The translations under genes were made by a program, and so were the position numbers. From contig JALSJT010000175.1 of the NCBI GenBank assembly GCA_026989175.1, positions 1 to 46,397 of the forward strand: 46,397 bases of DNA, written 5' to 3'. Below are positions 1 through 9,469 of this stretch, piece after piece; within the stretch, counting starts at the first letter, position 1, and each line of letters starts with the position of its first letter. The notes below the pieces were generated by a model that ran no database searches, was not told the DNA's origin, and saw only the letters and a program-made list of their open reading frames with translations. Origin of the DNA: Thiomicrorhabdus sp. (GTDB lineage Bacteria > Pseudomonadota > Gammaproteobacteria > Thiomicrospirales > Thiomicrospiraceae).

Positions 1-1380
1 ACCGCCACACCCTGTTCCTGCTTCGGTGGTCGCTTTAATGTCGGCCATGGTGCAACAACCGCTTTCAACGGCATTGATAATGTCGCCTTTGGAGACGTCG
101 TAACACGAACACAATTGAGCGGAATCGGGCAGTGCATCGGGGCCAAACAGGTCTCCACCCGATCCATCACGGTTCGGTAAAATTAAGGCGTCTGGATGCT
201 CAGGTAAATCCATGTCGTTCAGCATGATTTGCAGTAAGTTACTAAAGTCTTCAGCATCGCCGACCAACACCGCACCTAAGAGTTTTTTACCATCAGGCGT
301 AACCACAATCTTTTTATAAATCTCTTCAGGACCGTTTTCATACACATACGACAGTGCATCTTCATCATTACCATGCGGATCACCAATCGAACCAACATCC
401 ACGCCCATTAACTTAAGCTTGGTGCTCATGTCTGCGCCGGTAAATTCAGCCGGTTTATTATTCAGCTGGTCAACAACGGTTTGTGCCATCGCATAACCCG
501 GCGCCACTAATCCGTAAGTAATGCCGTCGTGTAACGCACACTCACCAATCGCAAACACATCTTGGTCAGAGGTTTTACACTGGTCATCAATTAAGATTCC
601 ACCGCGTGGTCCTAAGGTTAAGCCGACTTTTTCAGCCAGATCATCTCTTGGACGAATCCCTGCTGAGAACAGAACGATATCGGTTTCAAGTACTTCACCG
701 TCGGCAAAGACCATTTTGTTTTGACAGGTCTCTCCGTCAGAAATAAGCGTTGTCGCTTTTGAGCAGTGTACGCGTACCCCTAAATTTTCAATTTTACGTT
801 TTAATAATGCCGCTCCGCCATCATCTAACTGCACTGGCATTAAGCGAGGCGCAAACTCAACTACATGGGTTTCTAGCCCTAAATCTCTTAGTGCTTTAGC
901 CGCTTCTAACCCTAGCAATCCACCGCCGACCACCACGCCGACTTTACCCTTATCAGCTTCAGCTTGAATCATCTCTAAATCTTCAATGGTGCGGTACACC
1001 AAACAACCTGCGCGGTCGTTGCCTTTAATCGGTGGTACAAACGGGTACGATCCTGTTGCCATGACCAGCTTGTCATACGCGATGGTAACGCCCGCTTCGG
1101 AAGTCACGGTTTTTGCTTTTAAATCAATATCTACCGCTTTATCGTTCATGTAGATTTTAACGCCGTTCTCTTCATAGAAACCGGGTTTCACCAACGATAA
1201 ATCTTCAGCGGTTTTACCTGAAAAATAGGAGGATAAATATACACGATCGTAAGCAACACGAGGTTCCTCACAGAACGTATGAACCTCAAAATCGGCATAC
1301 CCTTCACTGGCGACCAACTTCTCAATAAAGTTATGGCCAACCATTCCGTTTCCAATAACAACTATTTTTTGCTTACTCAT
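1..1380 (-). CDS. nirB: Assimilatory NAD(P)H nitrite reductase large subunit, 5' part; runs off the window start
   Basis: Not in the ORF track; manual translation from ATG at 1380 gives MSKQKIVVIGNGMVGHNF..., later VVGGGLLGLEAA and the BFD-like cysteines CSCYDV...GTGCGG at the window edge; AAGGA SD upstream. Confidence 0.95.
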   Translation of the reverse strand, partial: MSKQKIVVIGNGMVGHNFIEKLVASEGYADFEVHTFCEEPRVAYDRVYLSSYFSGKTAEDLSLVKPGFYEENGVKIYMNDKAVDIDLKAKTVTSEAGVTIAYDKLVMATGSYPFVPPIKGNDRAGCLVYRTIEDLEMIQAEADKGKVGVVVGGGLLGLEAAKALRDLGLETHVVEFAPRLMPVQLDDGGAALLKRKIENLGVRVHCSKATTLISDGETCQNKMVFADGEVLETDIVLFSAGIRPRDDLAEKVGLTLGPRGGILIDDQCKTSDQDVFAIGECALHDGITYGLVAPGYAMAQTVVDQLNNKPAEFTGADMSTKLKLMGVDVGSIGDPHGNDEDALSYVYENGPEEIYKKIVVTPDGKKLLGAVLVGDAEDFSNLLQIMLNDMDLPEHPDALILPNRDGSGGDLFGPDALPDSAQLCSCYDVSKGDIINAVESGCCTMADIKATTEAGTGCGG

Positions 1381-1411
1381 GCAACTGTTTCCTTTTACTC
1401 TAAAATTTTAA

Positions 1412-1535
1412 GTAACGACTCAGATAGCCCCTTGAAACACGTCATATCTGCGTTAAGAAAATGGTCGTTTACACTTGTAAACTCACATTTTCTACCTTGA
1501 TCTAACGTGTTTTCAGAGACAATCTGAACCGTTAT
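1412..1535. mobile_element. ~124-bp imperfect palindromic element (MITE-like, family 2)
   Basis: Ends GTAACGACTCAGAT / ATCTGAACCGTTAT; nested pairs AAACACGT/ACGTGTTT, AGAAAATG/CATTTTCT, GTTTAC/GTAAAC; no target duplication seen. Confidence 0.65.
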
Positions 1536-1558
1536 TGGTATTTCTTAATGAATGACTT

Positions 1559-2773
1559 TTAATTTAATGTTGACGGCTGAAAACCATCCCCAAACACTAG
1601 CGTGTCTCGATACGCTGAGACATCCTTTTGCGACACTAAATTTTCAAAAATCCAATTTGAACCCGTTACATCACCAAAGAGTACCGCGCCCTGTATTTTG
1701 TTCTCTTTTAACACTACCTTACGGTAGATGTTTTGACTTAAATCTTTATACACCAACGATTCGCTGCCCTCCGAATCGGCAAAATCGCCTGCCGAAAACA
1801 GGCTGATACCCGTTACTTTTAGCTTAGTCGAAACAAAACTGCCTTGATACGCAGCCGATTTTCCAGCCAAGGTTTCGGCTAAGACTTGCGCCTGTTCATA
1901 CAACGGAGCAACCAGTCCGTACAACATTCCGCGATGCTCAACGCATTCGCCAAGGGCGTAAATGTCTTTTTCTGAGGTCTCCAACTGGTCATTCACAATA
2001 ATGCCACGATTCACCTCTAGCCCCATCTTTTTCGCCACGCCCACATTTGGGCGAATGCCGACTGCCATCACCACCAAATCGGTTTCCACCACGCGACCAT
2101 CAGCCATTTTAACGCCTGTTACGTGGGTGTCGCCTAAAATTTCAGAGGTTTGCCCTTGCATAACAAATTTCATCCCCCCTGCTTCTAGGCTTTTTTGCAA
2201 CAATTTACCCGACACAGGATCCATCTGCATTTCCATCAACACATCGCCTAAATGCACCACCGTGACATCCATACCGCGCTTGATTAATCCGTTTGCAGCT
2301 TCCAAACCTAACAGGCCTCCGCCAATCACCACAGCTTTCTGTTTTGTTTGTGAGGCATCAATCATCAAATTGACATCACGAACGTCTCGAAACGCCACCA
2401 CACCAGGCAACTCATGCCCCGGTACAGGAATAATAAAAGGCGATGAACCCGTTGCGATAATTAACTTATCATACGCATACGAGTCACCTTGAGCCGTCAG
2501 AACCGTTTTAGCCGTTTGATCTACTTCTACAATTTCCGTACTGGTATGTAAATGCACCGAACGTGCTTCAAACCACGCTTCATCATGGGTCATAATCTCT
2601 GGCAGTGGTTTTTCACCCGCTAACACCGGCGAAAGCATAATTCGATTGTATCCGCCGTTTGGCTCTTTATTAAACACCCTAACATCGTACTGTTCAGGTG
2701 CTTCCGCTAATAAACGCTCAATAAAACGTGCACCAACCATGCCCGAGCCAATCAAAATTAATTTTTGTTTCAT
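1559..2773 (-). CDS. NAD(P)/FAD oxidoreductase, NasC-like electron-transfer subunit of assimilatory nitrate reductase (alternative GTG start at 2788)
   Basis: LIGSGMVG, ATGS, VIGGGLLGLEAA, STKLKVTG motifs; resembles the NirB N-terminal flavin domain but has no Fe-S/siroheme part; directly upstream of nirB. Confidence 0.85.
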   Translation of the reverse strand: MKQKLILIGSGMVGARFIERLLAEAPEQYDVRVFNKEPNGGYNRIMLSPVLAGEKPLPEIMTHDEAWFEARSVHLHTSTEIVEVDQTAKTVLTAQGDSYAYDKLIIATGSSPFIIPVPGHELPGVVAFRDVRDVNLMIDASQTKQKAVVIGGGLLGLEAANGLIKRGMDVTVVHLGDVLMEMQMDPVSGKLLQKSLEAGGMKFVMQGQTSEILGDTHVTGVKMADGRVVETDLVVMAVGIRPNVGVAKKMGLEVNRGIIVNDQLETSEKDIYALGECVEHRGMLYGLVAPLYEQAQVLAETLAGKSAAYQGSFVSTKLKVTGISLFSAGDFADSEGSESLVYKDLSQNIYRKVVLKENKIQGAVLFGDVTGSNWIFENLVSQKDVSAYRDTLVFGDGFQPSTLN

Positions 2774-2803
2774 AAACTTTCCTGTCACCCAAGACGACTC
2801 CTT

Positions 2804-2999
2804 GAGACCTTTGCACGAGAGGGGCGCGAAACGAAGAACTCGACGCCCGTAGGGGTAAGTCGAGAAAGAAAAAAGAGATGAAATTTGACTGATTGAGGCG
2901 GAAATCGTAGGGAATACCTAGGCTATTCGCAAGGTTTTCAACAAAAATCAGGCGTATTTCAGACTTTTTTATCCGTGCATCCTTTCGTGCAAAGATCTC
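2804..2999 (-). mobile_element. MITE family 1, copy A (196 bp, with a 36-bp internal insert)
   Basis: TIRs GAGACCTTTGCACGA / TCGTGCAAAGATCTC; TCCTT on both flanks (5-bp TSD); near-identical reverse complement of 17066-17225. Confidence 0.92.
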
Positions 3000-3058
3000 T
3001 CCTTAAACATAAGACGAAATCTTTTCGCGCGACCATTGTAATAGATTTAGTTCACTAA

Positions 3059-3074
3059 ACCAATTTGCATACCA
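3059..3074 (-). promoter_or_regulatory. Possible sigma54 promoter for the nasC-like/nirB operon
   Basis: Minus strand TGGTATGCAAATTGGT against consensus TGGCAC-N5-TTGCW; GG instead of GC at -12. Confidence 0.4.
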
Positions 3075-3229
3075 ACTTTACTTTTACCGACGATTCATTT
3101 TTTATAAAATGCTTCCAAAGATAATCATAAGACATACGGCACAAGGATTTTAAAGCATAAAAAAATAATTTCTCCCCCCCCTCCCTTATAATATTTATTT
3201 GCTAAACCCATTGCAGTACACTTTACGAT

Positions 3230-3267
3230 TGCACTACAATAAAGCACAAAAGATCCAATATAGTGCC
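3230..3267. promoter_or_regulatory. Tandem NtrC-like binding sites
   Basis: TGCACTACAATAAAGCA (3230-3246) and AGATCCAATATAGTGCC (3251-3267), 21 bp apart, against consensus TGCACCA-N3-TGGTGCA. Confidence 0.55.
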
Positions 3268-3318
3268 CACCCATCAAAACCTTTTAACCAAAACCATTCA
3301 AAATTCTAAAAAAAACAC

Positions 3319-3331
3319 TAACCAATTGATT
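3319..3331 (-). promoter_or_regulatory. IHF binding site
   Basis: AATCAATTGGTTA is an exact match to WATCAANNNNTTR and lies between the enhancer-like sites and the sigma54 motif. Confidence 0.6.
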
Positions 3332-3351
3332 TTAAACGAAAATATGCAAAC

Positions 3352-3367
3352 AGGCATAATTAAAGCT
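3352..3367 (+). promoter_or_regulatory. sigma54 -24/-12 promoter of the nitrate transporter
   Basis: AGGCATAATTAAAGCT = GG-N10-GC, about 55 bp before the ATG. Confidence 0.6.
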
Positions 3368-3419
3368 TAAATCCCAGTAAATAACATCATCAATCTTTTT
3401 AATATGGAGCTCTATAAAA

Positions 3420-4895
3420 ATGTCACACGACAGTACCCGTTTTAATCCCCTCTCCTTTACAGGGCGTTATCGCATTTTGCACTTAACTTGGTTTGCCTTT
3501 TTCATGTCCTTTGTCGTCTGGCTAGGACTTGGGCCGATGATGCCCTTTATTCAAGAAGCACTTGATCTAACCAATCAACAAGCCAAGGTACTATTAATTT
3601 TAAACGTGGCAATGACCATCCCAGCACGAGTTATCGTAGGTATGCTGGTCGATAAATTTGGTCCAAAAATCATGTACTCCTCCATCTTAATTTTAGGTGG
3701 CTTTATCAGTATCGCCTTCGCATGGGCTGAAACCTATGAAGAGCTGGCTATGCTCCGCTTCTTATCTGGCTTTATTGGGGCTGGTTTTGTCGTAGGAATT
3801 CGCATGATCTCTGAGTGGTTCCCCGCCAAACAAACAGGTATTGCCCAAGGAATTTACGGCGGATGGGGGAACTTTGGTTCCGCTGGTGCCGCGATGACAC
3901 TGCCTTTTATTGCCGTTGCAATGGGGGATGTTGATGGCTGGCGTTATGCCATAACATTTGCCAGTATTGCGGCCATTACCTACGGTGTGTTCTACTTCTT
4001 AAGTGTTTCAGACACCCCAAAAGGCTCTACCTACTTTAAGCCTAAAAAATCGGGAGCAATGGAAGTCACCTCAAAGGGCGACTTGTTCTTATATATTCTT
4101 ATGAACATCCCTCTCTTTTTAGCATTAGCCGTATTGGCATGGAAACTCTCTCCTGAAAACATGGGACTCATCACCACTGAAACTACCTATGCGATCTACC
4201 TCGCCTTAGTCGCCACGTACGGCGTACAAGTATGGAAAATTTGGTCTGTCAATTCACACATCCTTAAAAAACCTGTTCCAGAATTGCACCGTTATAAATT
4301 TAAACAGGTTGCCATCTTAGACTGGGCGTATCTTGTCACCTTTGGTACCGAGCTGGCCGTCGTCTCTATGCTCGCCATGTTCTATGTCTCTTGGTTTGAA
4401 CTGCCTAAAATTACCGCCGCACTGTTAGCAGGAATCTACCCATTCATCAACCTAGTGGCACGTCCAGGTGGTGGTTGGATCAGTGATAAATTCGGCCGAC
4501 GTAAAACCCTTATTGTAATTTTTGCAGGGATTGCTACCAGCTTCTTAGTATTAGGCTTTGTCGAAAAAGATTGGGCCGTTTGGCTAGTGGTTGGAATCAC
4601 CATTGTGGCAGGAATTTTCTCTAAAGCCGGTTCAGGCGCAGTCTTCGCAATGGTGCCCCTGATTCAACGCCGAATGACAGGACAAATTGCTGGCATGGCC
4701 GGTGCATACGGTAATGTAGGTGCCGTTATGTTCTTAACCGTTAACAGCATGGTTGATTACGATATGTTTTTTATGGTCATCGGAATCGTCGCAGCCGTCG
4801 TACTGGCACTGATCATCTTCTTTCTAGAAGAGCCCGAAGGCACCATGACCGAAGTACTGCCCGACGGAACCGTACAGATGATTGATGTTAAGTAA
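3420..4895 (+). CDS. narK: MFS nitrate/nitrite transporter (NarK/NasA, NNP family)
   Basis: Many TM helices; nitrate signature motifs GIAQGIYGGWGNFG and GQIAGMAGAYGNVG; ARPGGGWISDKFG. Confidence 0.93.
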   Translation: MSHDSTRFNPLSFTGRYRILHLTWFAFFMSFVVWLGLGPMMPFIQEALDLTNQQAKVLLILNVAMTIPARVIVGMLVDKFGPKIMYSSILILGGFISIAFAWAETYEELAMLRFLSGFIGAGFVVGIRMISEWFPAKQTGIAQGIYGGWGNFGSAGAAMTLPFIAVAMGDVDGWRYAITFASIAAITYGVFYFLSVSDTPKGSTYFKPKKSGAMEVTSKGDLFLYILMNIPLFLALAVLAWKLSPENMGLITTETTYAIYLALVATYGVQVWKIWSVNSHILKKPVPELHRYKFKQVAILDWAYLVTFGTELAVVSMLAMFYVSWFELPKITAALLAGIYPFINLVARPGGGWISDKFGRRKTLIVIFAGIATSFLVLGFVEKDWAVWLVVGITIVAGIFSKAGSGAVFAMVPLIQRRMTGQIAGMAGAYGNVGAVMFLTVNSMVDYDMFFMVIGIVAAVVLALIIFFLEEPEGTMTEVLPDGTVQMIDVK

Positions 4896-4929
4896 CCGAG
4901 CAATAACCTTTTAAATTTTTCCATTCCTT

Positions 4930-4956
4930 AAAGAGCCAGTTTATACTGGCTCTTTT
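4930..4956 (+). terminator. Intrinsic terminator after the transporter
   Basis: AAAGAGCCAGT-ttat-ACTGGCTCTTT followed by T. Confidence 0.7.
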
Positions 4957-4982
4957 GGTTTCATAACAAGAGAATTGCATTT

Positions 4983-6701
4983 ATGAGTCATCCGCTAAAT
5001 ATTGCCATTGGCCTCTACAGTTCCGCAGGGGTTAAACCAGAAAACCAAGACTCCTTAAGTTACTGCAGCCCAACCGACGAATCCCTTGAAAGCAAAGGTA
5101 TTGTTACCGTACTCGCTGACGGGGTAAGTACCAGTGAAGCGGCCAAAGAGGCCAGTCATACCGCCGTCACCTCTTTTATCTCCGACTACTACTCCACCCC
5201 CGATACATGGAGTACTAAAAAATCATGCCAACAGATCATCAGCGCCATCAACTCTTGGCTTTTTAAACAGGGCAGTAGCCACGCCAATGAGCTTAAAGGC
5301 TGGGTCACCACCTTTGATGCCATTATTTTCAAATCTACCACCGCCTATATTCTGCACATTGGCGACTCACGCGTTTACCGCTTGCGTGATGGCAAGCTCA
5401 AACAGATGACCCGTGATCACATTACTTGGCTAAACACTGAACGAAGCTACTTAAGCCGTGCGCTGGGGGTTGATTCGGCACTGCAAATTGATTTTAAAAC
5501 TGAAATTTTAATGGAAGGCGATATTTATCTGCAAACCTCCGATGGAGTGCATGAATTTATTCCTGAAAAAGAGCTGATTGAACTACTCGGTTCAGCGCTT
5601 TCCCCCGAAGAGATTGCACAACGACTGGTCGAGAAAGCCATTGCCAATCAGTCTGATGACAATCTTTCTGCACTGGTGGCTAAAGTCGTCAGCTTACCCA
5701 ATGAAACCAAAGAGGAGGTTTATAACAAACTATTTGAACTGCCCTTCCCTCCCGACTTACAACCAGGACTGATACTGGACGGCTACAAAATATTACAAGA
5801 GTTAAGTCTCTCAGCAAGAAGCCAAATTTATTTAGCGGAAGATATCGAAACGGGTCAAGAGCTGGTCATCAAAACCCCCTCTGAAAACTACAGTGATGAC
5901 CCTTGGTATTTAGATGGTTTTGTACGTGAAGAGTGGATTGGACAGCGACTCAAGCACCCAGGGTTGATGAAAACCTATAAACCCCGCGCAAAAAAACAGT
6001 TTTTATACTTCACCACAGAATATATTAAGGGGCAAACCATTGGACAGTGGATCACCGAGCACCCAAACCCTAAAATTAGCGTGGTCAGAGAATACATTGT
6101 CCAGTTGTCTTCTGCGCTAAGGGCGATGCATCGCCAAGATGTCATTCACCAAGACCTCAAACCCGACAACGTAATGATTACCGAAAATGATCGTATTAAA
6201 ATTATTGATTTTGGTGCGGTACACGCCGCAGGATTGGCCGAACTCGCCACAGTACTGCAACGCCAACACCCAGAAGGCACACTAAACTACACCGCCCCAG
6301 AGTACCTAATGGGTGAATCGGGTAGTAAACGATCAGATATTTTTTCACTTGGGGTAATTTGTTACGAAATGCTCTGCGGAAAACTGCCCTACAAAGAAAA
6401 AATTGCCAATAAATTTAAACTGAAAAAATATGAGAGTATGCGCTATATTTCAATCCAAACCCACCGTCCAGAGCTACCCGATTGGTTAGATGAGGTACTC
6501 AGAAAAGCTTGCGAACCAAACCCAACTAAACGCTATGGGTTAATTTCAGAGTTTATACATGACCTTAAAACACCTAAGAATATCGTTGCACGTGCGGAAC
6601 AAAAAGAACCGCTCATAAAAAGAGACCCCGTACTCTTTTGGAAAGGCGTTTCATCTATTTTACTGATACTATTAATTATTTCGATATCCATTAAGTTTTA
6701 A
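4983..6701 (+). CDS. Bifunctional PP2C-type phosphatase / Hanks-type Ser/Thr kinase with C-terminal membrane anchor
   Basis: PP2C motifs NQD, LADG, HIGDSRVY, TSDG, DDNLS; kinase motifs VIKT, HQDLKPDN, DFG, GTLNYTAPE, SDIFSLG; hydrophobic C-terminus. Confidence 0.92.
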   Translation: MSHPLNIAIGLYSSAGVKPENQDSLSYCSPTDESLESKGIVTVLADGVSTSEAAKEASHTAVTSFISDYYSTPDTWSTKKSCQQIISAINSWLFKQGSSHANELKGWVTTFDAIIFKSTTAYILHIGDSRVYRLRDGKLKQMTRDHITWLNTERSYLSRALGVDSALQIDFKTEILMEGDIYLQTSDGVHEFIPEKELIELLGSALSPEEIAQRLVEKAIANQSDDNLSALVAKVVSLPNETKEEVYNKLFELPFPPDLQPGLILDGYKILQELSLSARSQIYLAEDIETGQELVIKTPSENYSDDPWYLDGFVREEWIGQRLKHPGLMKTYKPRAKKQFLYFTTEYIKGQTIGQWITEHPNPKISVVREYIVQLSSALRAMHRQDVIHQDLKPDNVMITENDRIKIIDFGAVHAAGLAELATVLQRQHPEGTLNYTAPEYLMGESGSKRSDIFSLGVICYEMLCGKLPYKEKIANKFKLKKYESMRYISIQTHRPELPDWLDEVLRKACEPNPTKRYGLISEFIHDLKTPKNIVARAEQKEPLIKRDPVLFWKGVSSILLILLIISISIKF

Positions 6702-6705
6702 TCTA

Positions 6706-6744
6706 AAAACAATGGGTTAAACTATAAACTTAATCCATTGTTTA
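6706..6744. terminator. Hairpin between convergent genes, probable bidirectional terminator
   Basis: AAAACAATGGGTTAA ... TTAATCCATTGTTTT. Confidence 0.55.
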
Positions 6745-6754
6745 TCTCATAAAA

Positions 6755-7144
6755 TTATTTAATATTTAAAAGTTTACGAACCCAAAACCCCATCAAAACA
6801 CCCAATAAAAGCCCGACTGAATTCACTAAAAAATCCAACCACTCCGCATAGCGATTTACATACGGCTGAATTAATTCAATCGCACCGCCCCACGCCACAA
6901 AAAAGAGCAATAAAACCAACCAATATTTAGGCTTACGCAACGCCACCCAAAACATCAATCCAGCATACGCCAATAGATGATGCAACTTATCACTGCCCGC
7001 AACCTTTGGTAGTTCATCCGCTGGTAACAGTGATAAAAACGTAATGACAAATAAAACAAATAAGGTAATCACCACCCAATAAGGCTTAACAAGCCTTTCA
7101 TAACAACCATTAAGATACATGCTAATTCCTATTATTACTTTCAT
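6755..7144 (-). CDS. VanZ-like membrane protein
   Basis: DKLHHLLAY, IELIQPYVNR...DFLVN motifs; about 4 TM helices. Confidence 0.8.
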   Translation of the reverse strand: MKVIIGISMYLNGCYERLVKPYWVVITLFVLFVITFLSLLPADELPKVAGSDKLHHLLAYAGLMFWVALRKPKYWLVLLLFFVAWGGAIELIQPYVNRYAEWLDFLVNSVGLLLGVLMGFWVRKLLNIK

Positions 7145-7202
7145 CTAGCCCTAAAAAACGTAGAATAACTGAAATCAGAAACAATGTGCGTTAAATTTTT
7201 TT

Positions 7203-7436
7203 ATGAATCCAGAAACCCTCAATAAACTCCCACCAATCCTGCAAAAAAACTTAGATAAAGACCTCTGTGTCTGTAATAACGTTCTCAAAAGAGACATTAT
7301 CAACGCCATTACCAACGGGGCACACACCATAGAGCAAATTAAAGCCAAAACCTATGCGACCGAAGGAACAGAGTGCTGTAAAAAACAGATTGAACGATTA
7401 ATTGAGTGCTTAGTGATTGAGAAGGAAAAAGACTAA
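7203..7436 (+). CDS. BFD-like (2Fe-2S)-binding protein
   Basis: LCVCNNV...I..AI..GA.T...CC pattern, 77 aa. Confidence 0.75.
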   Translation: MNPETLNKLPPILQKNLDKDLCVCNNVLKRDIINAITNGAHTIEQIKAKTYATEGTECCKKQIERLIECLVIEKEKD

Positions 7437-7514
7437 GTTGAGCGTCTCAGGCAGTAATACTGCTAGACGGCATAACAGACAGATAAGTGATGAGGTTTAC
7501 AGAATTACAGGCAT

Positions 7515-7537
7515 AAAAAAGCCTGCATAAGCAGGCT
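7515..7537 (-). terminator. Terminator downstream of tRNA-Ser
   Basis: Minus strand AGCCTGC-ttat-GCAGGCT followed by a T run. Confidence 0.75.
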
Positions 7538-7550
7538 CAATTATCGAATA

Positions 7551-7641
7551 TGGCGGTGGACTAGGGATTCGAACCCCAGGTAGGCTACAAACCTACAACG
7601 GTTTTCAAGACCGCCGCCTTAAGCCGCTCAGCCAGTCCACC
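7551..7641 (-). tRNA. tRNA-Ser(TGA)
   Basis: GGTGGAC/GTCCACC acceptor stem, anticodon loop CT-TGA-AA, long variable arm, GGTTCGAATCC, encoded CCA. Confidence 0.97.
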
Positions 7642-7658
7642 TTATGTTGTTGTGGCGT

Positions 7659-7686
7659 ATTATAGAGGTCTTAGAAATTAATGCAA
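7659..7686 (-). promoter_or_regulatory. sigma70 stable-RNA promoter for tRNA-Ser
   Basis: TTGCAT-16 bp-TATAAT followed by GC-rich discriminator ACGCCAC. Confidence 0.65.
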
Positions 7687-7706
7687 TACGCTTTTTCATT
7701 TTTTTC

Positions 7707-9017
<1,311 letters not shown>

Positions 9018-9051
9018 TTATCAAACTAAAAAATAAGGGGGGGAGAAAATT

Positions 9052-9450
9052 TTACGTTGTTAAAAACTGGCGTCCCAGCACTAAGCCTGCCCATACGGCC
9101 ACCAAGCAACTGATTAAACTCAGTGCCATATTCAATAACGCTTTATTAAACTCACCTACTTGAATGTACTGCATGGTTTCAAATGAGAAGGTTGAAAAAG
9201 TGGTAAATGCGCCTAAAAACCCCACCATAATAAACGCACGCCACTCAGGGGAAGCGTCTAATTTATCAACCAATAACACCGCAACCAACCCCATCACAAA
9301 CGAGCCAAGTACATTCACCGACAAAGTTCCCCACGCAAAATCACGCCCAAACCATTGGTATACATGGTGCGACATGGCAAATCGTGCAGTGGCACCCAAA
9401 GCGCCCCCTGCGGCAATGGCAAACCAACCTAATAGACTCATTGTTGCCAT
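9052..9450 (-). CDS. crcB: Fluoride efflux channel FluC/CrcB
   Basis: GGALGATAR, GTLSVN, GFLGAFTTFSTF. Confidence 0.95.
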   Translation of the reverse strand: MATMSLLGWFAIAAGGALGATARFAMSHHVYQWFGRDFAWGTLSVNVLGSFVMGLVAVLLVDKLDASPEWRAFIMVGFLGAFTTFSTFSFETMQYIQVGEFNKALLNMALSLISCLVAVWAGLVLGRQFLTT

Positions 9451-9469
9451 GTCTCTCCTTTAAACTTCT

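Noticed and set aside
3000-3050. ANTAR (NasT/NasR) dual-hairpin motif in the nas leader
   Set aside because: Could not find two properly paired hexaloop hairpins on the transcribed strand
1-7550. Nitrate cluster as an island integrated at tRNA-Ser
   Set aside because: No integrase and no duplicated tRNA 3' end visible in the window; cannot be excluded beyond the left edge
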